This document shows positions 1-7,995 of a DNA stretch of 57,079 nucleotides, piece by piece. Made by a program: the position numbers and the translations under genes. Origin of the DNA: a virus (Duplodnaviria; Caudoviricetes). The stretch covers positions 1 through 57,079 of IMG/VR virus record IMGVR_UViG_3300046007_011426; one strand, written 5' to 3'. Position 1 is the first letter of the stretch. Each line of letters begins with the position of its first letter. Below the pieces are notes generated by a model. It was not told the origin of the DNA, made no database searches, and was given only the letters and a program-made list of their open reading frames with translations.

Positions 1-2
1 AC

Positions 3-155
3 GGGTGGGATCGGGACTGGAGTGAAGGCTGCGCATCTGTGGCTGAATCAGGATTTTGGCAAGATAAACTGTCTAAGTCCCATCCTAGTTGGAATGATGT
101 ACTTAAAAAAGCAAAGAAATCAGGCGGCATGAACGCAAGAATGGAAACTTTATGA
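3..155 (+). CDS. 3' end of conserved cyanophage hypothetical protein upstream of phoH (partial)
   Basis: Frame 3 reads GWDRDWSEGCASVAESGFWQDKLSKSHPSWNDVLKKAKKSGG...TL*; its stop overlaps the phoH ATG (ATGA). Confidence 0.7.
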   Translation, partial: GWDRDWSEGCASVAESGFWQDKLSKSHPSWNDVLKKAKKSGGMNARMETL

Positions 156-925
156 CAAGATCACGCGCTCACCGTAAATCCAGGCAACAAGCAAACATCC
201 CGCTAAACAAGAAAAAAGAACAATCTCCATTAATAACTCTTGATCATCTAGTCGAACTGCAACCATTGACGAAAAATCAAGAGAGACTTTTTGATTTTTA
301 TGATGAAGGTAAAAACATCGTGGCTCATGGATACCCTGGTACTGGTAAGAGTCTTTGTCTTCTTTACAAGGCCCTAGAAGAAGTCCTGGATCCATCAACT
401 CCTTATAAAAAGGTAATTGTCGTAAGATCAACTGTTGCAACCCGCGACATTGGATTTCTCCCTGGATCAATTTCTGAAAAAATTGCGGAATTTGAAGTAC
501 CTTATAAGTACATGATTAAAAATCTTTTTGATTTTAATTCTGATGAAAAGTATGAGATGCTTTATGGGAACCTAAAGGCCCAGAAGAGTTTTTACTTTAT
601 GCCGACGAGTTTTATTCGTGGGATGACAATTGACGAGGCCGTTATAATTGTTGATGAATTTCAAAATTGTAATAATCATGAATTAGACAGTATCATTACA
701 CGAGTCGGTCTGGATAGTAAGATACATTTCAGTGGAGACATTGCCCAGTCGGATCTTATAAAAAAATCAGAAAAAGACGGGGCCGCATTGTTCTTGAAGA
801 TTCTTGGTCAAATGGAATCTTTTGAGACGATTAATTTTGGTATTGATGATATTTGTAGGTCCTCTTTGGTTAAAGAGTACATTGTTGCAAAACACAACCT
901 TGGATTATTCTCAGAACCCACTTGA
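152..925 (+). CDS. phoH: PhoH-like ATPase
   Basis: GYPGTGKS P-loop; RDIGFLPG, SFIRGMT, IIVDEFQN and SGDIAQSDL motifs. Confidence 0.95.
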   Translation: MTRSRAHRKSRQQANIPLNKKKEQSPLITLDHLVELQPLTKNQERLFDFYDEGKNIVAHGYPGTGKSLCLLYKALEEVLDPSTPYKKVIVVRSTVATRDIGFLPGSISEKIAEFEVPYKYMIKNLFDFNSDEKYEMLYGNLKAQKSFYFMPTSFIRGMTIDEAVIIVDEFQNCNNHELDSIITRVGLDSKIHFSGDIAQSDLIKKSEKDGAALFLKILGQMESFETINFGIDDICRSSLVKEYIVAKHNLGLFSEPT

Positions 926-950
926 CAAATCCAGGAGACCATGCTACAAT
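922..950 (+). promoter_or_regulatory. Host sigma70-type promoter
   Basis: TTGACA (922-927), 17 nt, TACAAT (945-950), with extended TGn. Confidence 0.8.
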
Positions 951-975
951 TACACCATGATCAGAGCCAGATAAA

Positions 976-1644
976 ATGTTTATACACAAGCCGATAGAAG
1001 TTCCAAAGTTAGAGCGATTCCACATAGACGGAAAACGTTTTTATAAAAAAGTAGATTCTGATGAATTAAAGAACTACATTTCTATTACCACGGTTACTTC
1101 TCATTATACTAAAGAAAAGTTTGCTCTATGGAGGCAACGAGTTGGAGAGGAAGAGGCCAATAGGATCACCAAGGCCGCAACGACAAGAGGAACCCAGATG
1201 CACTCTCTTGTTGAACATTACCTGGCAAACGAGCCCTTACCAAAAGCGGCTCCTCTACCTAGAACCTTATTTGAAATTATCAGGCCAGAAGTAGACAAAA
1301 TCAACAACATTATTGGTGTTGAGATTCCTCTTTATTCTGATTATTTCGGTGTCGCCGGTACCGCAGACACTATCGGTGAATACAACGGCCAAATGAGTAT
1401 AATTGACTACAAAACTTCTGCAAAAGTCAAACCAAGAGAGTTTGTCGAGAATTATTTTGTACAGGCCGCTGCATATTCCGCGATGTTATTTCAGATGACG
1501 GGTATAAAGGCTAAAAAATTAGTTATTATAATGGCATGTGAAAGTGGTGAAGTCGAAACGTACATAGAGACCGACATTATGAAATACCTAAAACTCCTAC
1601 AAAAATACATTAAAAAGTTCAAGGACGACCATGAAAACCTTTAA
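976..1644 (+). CDS. PD-(D/E)XK exonuclease (cyanophage 'exonuclease A', Cas4-like fold)
   Basis: YISITTV, RGTQMH, AGTAD, IIDYKTS and YFVQAAAY motifs; usual position after phoH. Confidence 0.85.
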   Translation: MFIHKPIEVPKLERFHIDGKRFYKKVDSDELKNYISITTVTSHYTKEKFALWRQRVGEEEANRITKAATTRGTQMHSLVEHYLANEPLPKAAPLPRTLFEIIRPEVDKINNIIGVEIPLYSDYFGVAGTADTIGEYNGQMSIIDYKTSAKVKPREFVENYFVQAAAYSAMLFQMTGIKAKKLVIIMACESGEVETYIETDIMKYLKLLQKYIKKFKDDHENL

Positions 1645-1903
1645 TTATAAACAAGAACTACAAAAAGAACTAGAAAAGAAGTTCCACTCGCCAGAAAAGT
1701 TTTCACAAGAAATCGAGAACCTAATCATAAAAAACCCAGAATATAACTACATCACCGCAATTGTTGAATACTGTGATGCTAATGATATTGATGTGGAACT
1801 AGTCCCAAAATTAATCACTAAGCCACTAAAAGAAAAACTCAAGTGGAACGCGACCGAACTTAACTTTTTAAAGAAAACATCCCTAGGAAAACTCCCTATC
1901 TAA
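1631..1903 (+). CDS. gp33: Late transcription coactivator gp33
   Basis: FSQEIE..YITAIVEYC..LITKPLKEKL..A.ELNFL; synteny with gp59. Confidence 0.9.
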   Translation: MKTFNYKQELQKELEKKFHSPEKFSQEIENLIIKNPEYNYITAIVEYCDANDIDVELVPKLITKPLKEKLKWNATELNFLKKTSLGKLPI

Positions 1904-2484
1904 TGTCCCCCTTTGAAGTTTATGAAATGTATCTGGCCATAAAGATGCATTTCACCCAACCGTCTTATGATTACTTTAAGTATTCTGGTAAGGTCAAATC
2001 AAACATCGAATCATTCAACAAAAGAAAGGACAGATACTTCTTTGAAAAACTCTCAAGAAAAAAGGCCAGAAAAGACGTTTTGAATTATTTTGTTTCAAAC
2101 TTTATAGAATCCTCTGATCCGTCTAAAATGTGGGTCGGGGAAATGAAAATATCTGGTGAGGATAATTACTTAAAATGGAAAGGACGGGTTCATTCTTTTA
2201 CTTATTTGTTTGAGTCTGATTTAAACACCCTAACGGAAGATTGTCATCTTTATGAGGCGATTATTTCAAAATCGGGTCATCCAAAAATTATAAAGTCCTA
2301 TCTGGCCGGGAGAATCTGTTTAGAATCAGTTGTTGTTATGGATGACCTGACGAAGTTTATGAGTAAGTTGCCTGGGTCTTCTGATCCTGTTTTGGAGATT
2401 ATTCGTTCCAGGGTTAGTAAGTACAGACCATTTTTCGTTTATGATAAAGACTCTGTTGTTCGTGTAATTAGGAGTAAAATGTGA
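1903..2484 (+). CDS. gp59: Helicase loader gp59
   Basis: YLAIKMHFT..YDYFKYSGK..RKDRYFFEKL; synteny. Confidence 0.9.
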   Translation: MSPFEVYEMYLAIKMHFTQPSYDYFKYSGKVKSNIESFNKRKDRYFFEKLSRKKARKDVLNYFVSNFIESSDPSKMWVGEMKISGEDNYLKWKGRVHSFTYLFESDLNTLTEDCHLYEAIISKSGHPKIIKSYLAGRICLESVVVMDDLTKFMSKLPGSSDPVLEIIRSRVSKYRPFFVYDKDSVVRVIRSKM

Positions 2485-2897
2485 TGGATTATGAGACGAA
2501 AGCGAAATTAGCGAGGAGTGAAGATACCCCTGTCGAAGTTTTAGAAGAATTGGCGACTGATGAAAATTCTGGTGTTCGCTCCTGGGTTGCAGAAAACCCA
2601 AACACACCACCAGAAACTCTAAAACTTCTGGCGACTGATGAAGATTCTTATGTTCGCTACTGCGTTGCACAAAACCCAAACACTCCAACTAAAACCCTAG
2701 AACTCCTGGCGACTGATGAAAATTCTTATGTTCGCTACTGTGTTGCAAGAAACCCAAATACACCATTAGAAACCCTAAAACTCCTGGCGACTGATGAAAA
2801 TTCTTATGTTCGCTACTGGGTTGCACAAAACCCGAACCGAACCGAACTTATCGAACGACTGGTTCTTATGACCAATTATAAACAGGAGGTGGGCTGA
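2484..2897 (+). CDS. LRV/HEAT-like repeat protein 1 (4 x 26-aa repeats)
   Basis: LATDExxxVRxxVAxNPNTP repeats; ATG at 2484 overlaps the gp59 stop. Confidence 0.9.
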   Translation: MDYETKAKLARSEDTPVEVLEELATDENSGVRSWVAENPNTPPETLKLLATDEDSYVRYCVAQNPNTPTKTLELLATDENSYVRYCVARNPNTPLETLKLLATDENSYVRYWVAQNPNRTELIERLVLMTNYKQEVG

Positions 2898-3310
2898 TGG
2901 ATTATGAGACAAAACTAAAATTAGCGAGAAGTGATGATACCACTATTAAAATTTTAGAAGAATTGGCGACTGATGAAGATTGGGAGATTCGTGACTATGT
3001 TGCAGAAAACCCAAGCACCCCAACAAAAACTCTACAACTCCTGGCGAGCGATGAAGATTATGTTGTCCGCTACTGTGTTGCACAAAACCCAAATACACCA
3101 CAAGAAACGTTAAAACTTTTAGCGACCGATGAATATTGTAGTGTTCGCTCTAGGGTTGCCGAAAATCCAAGCACTCCATTAGAAACTCTTCAGCAACTAG
3201 CGATTGATGAAGATTCCTGGGTTCGCCATCGTGTCTCACAAAACTCGAACAGAACGGAACTTATAGAGAGGCTGGTTTTTATGACTAATTATAAACAAGA
3301 GGTGGGCTGA
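2897..3310 (+). CDS. LRV/HEAT-like repeat protein 2 (4 repeats)
   Basis: Same caps and repeat; TGATG coupling. Confidence 0.9.
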   Translation: MDYETKLKLARSDDTTIKILEELATDEDWEIRDYVAENPSTPTKTLQLLASDEDYVVRYCVAQNPNTPQETLKLLATDEYCSVRSRVAENPSTPLETLQQLAIDEDSWVRHRVSQNSNRTELIERLVFMTNYKQEVG

Positions 3311-3645
3311 TGAATTTTCAAACAAAACTAGAATTGGCAAGAAGTGTTGACACTCCTGTTGAGGTTTTAGAAGAGTTGGCGGCTGATAAAGATTGGGAGA
3401 TTCGTGGCGGGGTTGCTCATAACCTAAATACACCAATAAAAATCCTACAACTCCTGGCGACTGATGAAGATTTTTATGTTCGCGCTCGTGTTGCACAAAA
3501 TCCAAACATACCATTAGAAATCCTACAACAATTAGCCACCGATGAAGGTCATTATGTTCGCTACTGGGTTGCAGAAAACCCAAACCGAACCGAACTTATC
3601 GAGAGACTGGTTTTTATGACTGATTATAAACAAGAAGTGGGCTGA
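3310..3645 (+). CDS. LRV/HEAT-like repeat protein 3 (3 repeats)
   Basis: 111 aa = 137 - 26; same caps. Confidence 0.9.
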   Translation: MNFQTKLELARSVDTPVEVLEELAADKDWEIRGGVAHNLNTPIKILQLLATDEDFYVRARVAQNPNIPLEILQQLATDEGHYVRYWVAENPNRTELIERLVFMTDYKQEVG

Positions 3646-4262
3646 TGGATTATGATTTATACGAATTACTAGAGAATATTGAAGATACTGTTTCAGATGA
3701 TCATGAATTAAAATTGGAACTAGTAGAAAGTGAGGACACGTCATCGGAAGTTTTAGAAGATTTGGCGACTGATAAATCTGATTATATTCGCAAGTGTATT
3801 GCAAAACATCCAAACACTCCAGCGAAAATACTAGAACAATTAGCGACTGGTGAAGATTATGCTGTTCTCGCTAGTGTTGCAGAAAACCCAAACACCCCAC
3901 CAGAAACTCTAAAAATTCTTGCAACTGATGAAGATTATTATGTTCGCTGCCGGGTTGCACTAAACCCAAACACCTCACAAGAAATTCTTCAACAATTTGC
4001 GACTGATGAGGATTCTAATTTTCGCGCCCGTGCCGCACACCACCCAAACACGCCACAAGAAACTCTAAAAATTCTAGCGACTGATGGATTTTGGATTGTT
4101 CGTTCTTATGTTGCAGGAAATCCAAACACAGCACTAGAAATTCTTAAACAATTAGCGACTGATGAAAATTATAGTGTTCGCCATTGGGTGGCACAAAACC
4201 CAAACAGAACCGAACTTATTGAGCGGTTGGTTTTTATGACTAATTATAAACAAGAACAATGA
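3645..4262 (+). CDS. LRV/HEAT-like repeat protein 4 (6 repeats, acidic N-terminal extension)
   Basis: Same repeat and C-cap RTELIERLVFMTNYKQ. Confidence 0.9.
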   Translation: MDYDLYELLENIEDTVSDDHELKLELVESEDTSSEVLEDLATDKSDYIRKCIAKHPNTPAKILEQLATGEDYAVLASVAENPNTPPETLKILATDEDYYVRCRVALNPNTSQEILQQFATDEDSNFRARAAHHPNTPQETLKILATDGFWIVRSYVAGNPNTALEILKQLATDENYSVRHWVAQNPNRTELIERLVFMTNYKQEQ

Positions 4263-5059
4263 AATACGAACAAAAACTATCTGCTTCAAAAAATCTTACT
4301 ACCCCAAGTGAATTATTAGAACTCCTGGCGAGCGATGAGGATAATTATATTCGTTGTTGGATTGCAAGGAACACAAAAACTCCATGTAATGTCCTAGAAC
4401 AATTGGCGACTGATGAAGTTCCTGGTGTTCGCTGTGGGGTCGCACAAAACCTAGTCACCTCTCCGAAAATTTTAGAACTCTTGGCAGGTGATACGAATCA
4501 TGAGGTTCGCTCTCGTGTTGCAGAAAATCAAAATACTGAGTCAAAAACTTTAAAGCAATTGATGACTGATGAATCTCCTTATGTTCGATATCTTGTCGCG
4601 GGAAATCCAAATACATCAGCAGATTGTTTAGAAATCTTGGCAACTGATGAATATTGTGGTGTTCGTGAATGTGTTGCACAAAATTTAAATACCCCAATAG
4701 AATCTTTACGGTTCCTTGTGTCTGATGAAGACCCCATTGTTCGTCAACGACTTGCATCAAACCCAAATACACCACCTGATTCTTTAAAACTTATGGTAAC
4801 CGATAAAAATTGTGTTGTTCGTGAACGAGTCGCAGAAAACCCAAACACATCATCAGAATCTTTAGAAATTTTGGCATCTGATGAATATAATGGTGTTCGT
4901 AATTATGTTTCACAAAACTTGAATACATCACTTAAGGCTCTACAACTTCTGGCGACTGATAAGCATTTTGCTATTCGCCATTATGTTGCACAAAACCCAA
5001 ACAGAACAGAACTTATTGAGCGGCTGGTTCTTATGACCAATTATCAGTCGGCTAAATAG
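4259..5059 (+). CDS. LRV/HEAT-like repeat protein 5 (9 repeats)
   Basis: More divergent repeats; same C-cap RTELIERLVLMTNY. Confidence 0.9.
   Translation: MKYEQKLSASKNLTTPSELLELLASDEDNYIRCWIARNTKTPCNVLEQLATDEVPGVRCGVAQNLVTSPKILELLAGDTNHEVRSRVAENQNTESKTLKQLMTDESPYVRYLVAGNPNTSADCLEILATDEYCGVRECVAQNLNTPIESLRFLVSDEDPIVRQRLASNPNTPPDSLKLMVTDKNCVVRERVAENPNTSSESLEILASDEYNGVRNYVSQNLNTSLKALQLLATDKHFAIRHYVAQNPNRTELIERLVLMTNYQSAK
5052..5058 (+). promoter_or_regulatory. T4-type late promoter (CTAAATA) upstream of gp32
   Basis: Same motif recurs before many structural genes in the window. Confidence 0.5.
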
Positions 5060-5124
5060 ACAATAATGGGTTGGTAAACCTGTCAAAAAAGCTTCCGGTT
5101 TAATGTTATCTATCGTATTAAAAA

Positions 5125-6063
5125 ATGGATTTTAAACAACTTAAAAAACAATCTTCCTTAGGTTCTCTGACTGAGAAACTTCTTAAGGAAGCAGAAAAAA
5201 TGGGATCCTCCTCTTCTGAGAAGGACAGTCGGATTTTTACGGTTGAAAGAGATTCTTCGGGTCTCGGAATTGCGATTATCCGTTTTCTCTCACAGCCAGA
5301 AGGGGAAGATTCGCCGTTCATCAAAATTTATTCTCACGGATTCAAGGAAAATAATCGTTGGCTTATAGAAAATTGTCCGACAAGTTTAGGCCATGATTGC
5401 GAAATTTGTAACCGTAATTCGGCCTTATGGAACAGTGGTATTGATGCAAATAAGAAAATTGCTAGTGCTCGTAAAAGGAAGTTAAATTTTTATAGTAACA
5501 TTCTTGTGATCAAAAACCCGGCCAATCCAGAGCTAGAAAATAAAGTTATGTTATTTAGATATGGCAAGAAAATCTTTGATAAGATTATGAGTGCCATGAA
5601 ACCGGAATTTCCGGGTGACCCAATTATTGATCCATTTTGTATGTGGAACGGTGCAGATTTTAAAATTAAGGTAAAAACTGTTAAAGAATCAGGCAATAAC
5701 AATTCTTTCCCCAACTATGATGATAGCGTGTTTATGAACACTCGCGCCATCTCAGATGATGATGAGGAACTAGAAAAAATCTGGAAACAGTGCTATTCCC
5801 TTCAGGAACTTATTTCTCCAGATAAATTCAAGTCTCCAGAAGAACTCACCAAACGTCTAGATTACGTTCTAGGAACTTCTACTCCCACACCTTCACCGGT
5901 TCAACAGCAGGAAGAAGAGATCGAGGAACAGTTTTCAACGACTCGGGAGCCTAATGTTATGGAAGACCTGGAAAGGTCCTTCAACCGCTCAAAGGATCCT
6001 CTAGAAGAGGATGGAGATGAGGATGACGATGTATTATCTCGTTTTCAAGAACTAGCCACATGA
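5125..6063 (+). CDS. gp32: Single-stranded DNA-binding protein gp32
   Basis: AIIRFL, YSHGFK, IENCPTSLG..CEIC zinc site, YGKKIFDKI, PNYDDS; acidic C-terminal tail. Confidence 0.95.
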   Translation: MDFKQLKKQSSLGSLTEKLLKEAEKMGSSSSEKDSRIFTVERDSSGLGIAIIRFLSQPEGEDSPFIKIYSHGFKENNRWLIENCPTSLGHDCEICNRNSALWNSGIDANKKIASARKRKLNFYSNILVIKNPANPELENKVMLFRYGKKIFDKIMSAMKPEFPGDPIIDPFCMWNGADFKIKVKTVKESGNNNSFPNYDDSVFMNTRAISDDDEELEKIWKQCYSLQELISPDKFKSPEELTKRLDYVLGTSTPTPSPVQQQEEEIEEQFSTTREPNVMEDLERSFNRSKDPLEEDGDEDDDVLSRFQELAT

Positions 6064-6067
6064 GTGA

Positions 6068-6074
6068 CTAAATA
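6068..6074 (+). promoter_or_regulatory. Late promoter for putative sRNA
   Basis: CTAAATA inside the 13-nt direct repeat TGACTAAATAGTA (6065-6077). Confidence 0.65.
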
Positions 6075-6077
6075 GTA

Positions 6078-6140
6078 AGTTCGTTGAAACGGCAATCTCT
6101 ACGAACAAGAACTGGTGCTCTTCGGGGCACCTTTTCTTTT
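6078..6140 (+). ncRNA. Putative ~60-nt late small RNA complementary to the leader of the downstream nuclease gene
   Basis: Bounded by a late promoter and a terminator; hairpin GTTCGT/ACGAAC; 6080-6096 is complementary to 6166-6182. Confidence 0.55.
6114..6140 (+). terminator. Rho-independent terminator
   Basis: GGTGCTC-TTCG-GGGCACC followed by TTTTCTTTT. Confidence 0.9.
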
Positions 6141-6156
6141 GTAAAAAATTATTTGA

Positions 6157-6163
6157 CTAAATA
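6157..6163 (+). promoter_or_regulatory. Late promoter for the nuclease gene
   Basis: Second copy of TGACTAAATAGTA (6154-6166), about 25 nt before the ATG. Confidence 0.7.
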
Positions 6164-6187
6164 GTATTGCCGTTTCAATGAATAACA

Positions 6188-7285
6188 ATGACTAACCAAA
6201 GTCCAAGAATTTACGTATACAAAATTACCTTTGAAGAGAACTCTTATTATTACTATGGGGTTCATAAGGAAGATGTTTTTGATGAGTACTACATGGGTTC
6301 ACCTAAAACTCATAAGTGGGCTTGGGAATTTTATACCCCACAGAAAACAATCCTTCAAGTATTTCCTTACACTGATGAAGGATGGTTACAAGCAAATAAT
6401 ATTGAAGATAGATTGATTAAACCAGTTTATAATATTGATAAATGGTGTCTTAATGAGAGTTGTGGAGCATTTATTTCTTTAGATGCTTGTAAAAGAGGAG
6501 GACAAAAAACTGGAAAAAAACATAAAGAAAATAATACTGGTATTTTTAATCTTACTCCAAAAGAACGAACCCAAGCTAGTAAAAAAGGAGGCAATTCTTG
6601 TAAAGAGCGGGGAGTAGGTTTTTTTAGTCTTACAACAGAACAAAGAATTGAAAATGGAAAAGTTGGTGGTAATATAGCAAAAGAAAATAATCTAGGTGTA
6701 TGTGGACTTTCTTTTGATGAATTATCTGCTGCTGGCAAAAAGGGTGGAAAAATAGCAAAAGAAAATAAACTAGGTATACATAGGTTATCTCCTGAAGAAA
6801 AATCAAAAAATGGAAAATTGGGGGGAAACGCCGCGAAAGAAAATAAAGTTGGGGTTCACAGTCTTTCTCATGAGGAATTATCTGCTGCTGGCAAAAAGGG
6901 TGGAAAAATAGCAAGAGATATGAAATTAGGCATTCACACTCAAACTTACGAACAAAGACAAGAAAACGGCAGAAGAGCTGGAAGATATATTGTGGAAAAT
7001 AAAATAGGAGTTCACAGTCGCTCAAAGGAGCAAATGAGTGAAGATGGGAGAAAAGGGGGTATTACTCAAGGAAATAGACATAAGGAAAATAAGACGGGTG
7101 TTTGCGGTCGCTCAAAAGAAAAAATGACAGAAGATGGGAGAAAAGGGGGAAAACTAGGTTCTAAGAATACAAATTCACAAAGATACCAATGCACAAAAAC
7201 TGGATATGTTTCAACGCCTGCTGGTCTTTCCGCCTACCAAAAAGCCAGAGGCATCGACACATCAAACAGAATCCGCCTTCAATAA
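6188..7285 (+). CDS. Free-standing GIY-YIG-like (Seg-type) homing endonuclease with tandem KGG-containing repeats
   Basis: IYVYKITF..YYYGVH..YMGS..IEDRLI..CLNE N-terminal domain, then eight 26-30 aa basic repeats. Confidence 0.7.
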   Translation: MTNQSPRIYVYKITFEENSYYYYGVHKEDVFDEYYMGSPKTHKWAWEFYTPQKTILQVFPYTDEGWLQANNIEDRLIKPVYNIDKWCLNESCGAFISLDACKRGGQKTGKKHKENNTGIFNLTPKERTQASKKGGNSCKERGVGFFSLTTEQRIENGKVGGNIAKENNLGVCGLSFDELSAAGKKGGKIAKENKLGIHRLSPEEKSKNGKLGGNAAKENKVGVHSLSHEELSAAGKKGGKIARDMKLGIHTQTYEQRQENGRRAGRYIVENKIGVHSRSKEQMSEDGRKGGITQGNRHKENKTGVCGRSKEKMTEDGRKGGKLGSKNTNSQRYQCTKTGYVSTPAGLSAYQKARGIDTSNRIRLQ

Positions 7286-7995
7286 TCATAAATCCGACTA
7301 TTTTCCCCCCGCTTCAACTTCCTATTAATAAACTGCGACCCGCCTTCCTTATAAGTCATAATCTCCTCTAAGTTCTCAAACAGCACATTCAAATACGTAG
7401 GTTTTAATATAAAAATATCCCTCTTCTTCTCTTCCTTTCTTACCTCATATTGATAATTCGTCACCTCAACAATAAAATCCGTAGATGGAATTAAAACATC
7501 CTGCTCGATTCCATCATCATAGAACCCAAAATAATACTCGCCATTATTTTCCACATAATTACCATTAGTGCTCCAGGTCGGGCTGATTCGTTTTCCCGCC
7601 TCTAAAAGAACCCGCCCTTTAGAGTCCTTTATTTCCAGGGTCTCATAATGATGAACGCCACCATAAAGATTTTCATAAAAACCATATTTTTGTAACATTA
7701 CCTTATCGAATGTTTGTTGCGGAAGAGGCCATTCTTCTTGGACGTTTATTATATTATTAGAAAGAAAAATAACCCAGTCCAACGTAGGATCACCATAAAA
7801 TCTTGATGCAATATTATCAGCCCTTTCATTCCCGACGATACTGTATTTTGTGAAGAAGGTTAGGTCATTAAAAATTTCTTCAAATAATTTGCCTCGTCTA
7901 AAGAAGTTTTTTATCTGAGTATATTCGCCTATCTTTGCATTTGGTAGGCGATTTATGTATTCAAAATTTGGGAGGTAGTCGAAATAGTGGGCCAT
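7279..7995 (-). CDS. gp53: Baseplate wedge protein gp53
   Basis: YFDYLPNFEY, ERADNIA..YGDPTLDWVI..NNI..EWPL, VTNYQYE motifs. Confidence 0.9.
   Translation of the reverse strand: MAHYFDYLPNFEYINRLPNAKIGEYTQIKNFFRRGKLFEEIFNDLTFFTKYSIVGNERADNIASRFYGDPTLDWVIFLSNNIINVQEEWPLPQQTFDKVMLQKYGFYENLYGGVHHYETLEIKDSKGRVLLEAGKRISPTWSTNGNYVENNGEYYFGFYDDGIEQDVLIPSTDFIVEVTNYQYEVRKEEKKRDIFILKPTYLNVLFENLEEIMTYKEGGSQFINRKLKRGENSRIYDY

Noticed and set aside
54-78. AACTGTCTA as another palindromic promoter
   Set aside because: It lies inside a CDS and has no matching left arm.
976-1644. Cas4/CRISPR system
   Set aside because: This is the ordinary cyanophage exonuclease in its usual position; no array or other cas genes are present.
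2484-5059. CRISPR array or diversity-generating retroelement as the explanation for the repeats
   Set aside because: Repeats are in-frame coding units with no spacers; no reverse transcriptase or non-coding template is in the window, and variation is not adenine-specific.
5060-5124. T4-style gene 32 autoregulatory pseudoknot
   Set aside because: Only short, G-U-rich pairings can be drawn; not supportable by eye.
2484-7285. Link between the LRV repeats and the nuclease repeats because both are 26 aa
   Set aside because: No sequence similarity; the shared length is probably coincidental.
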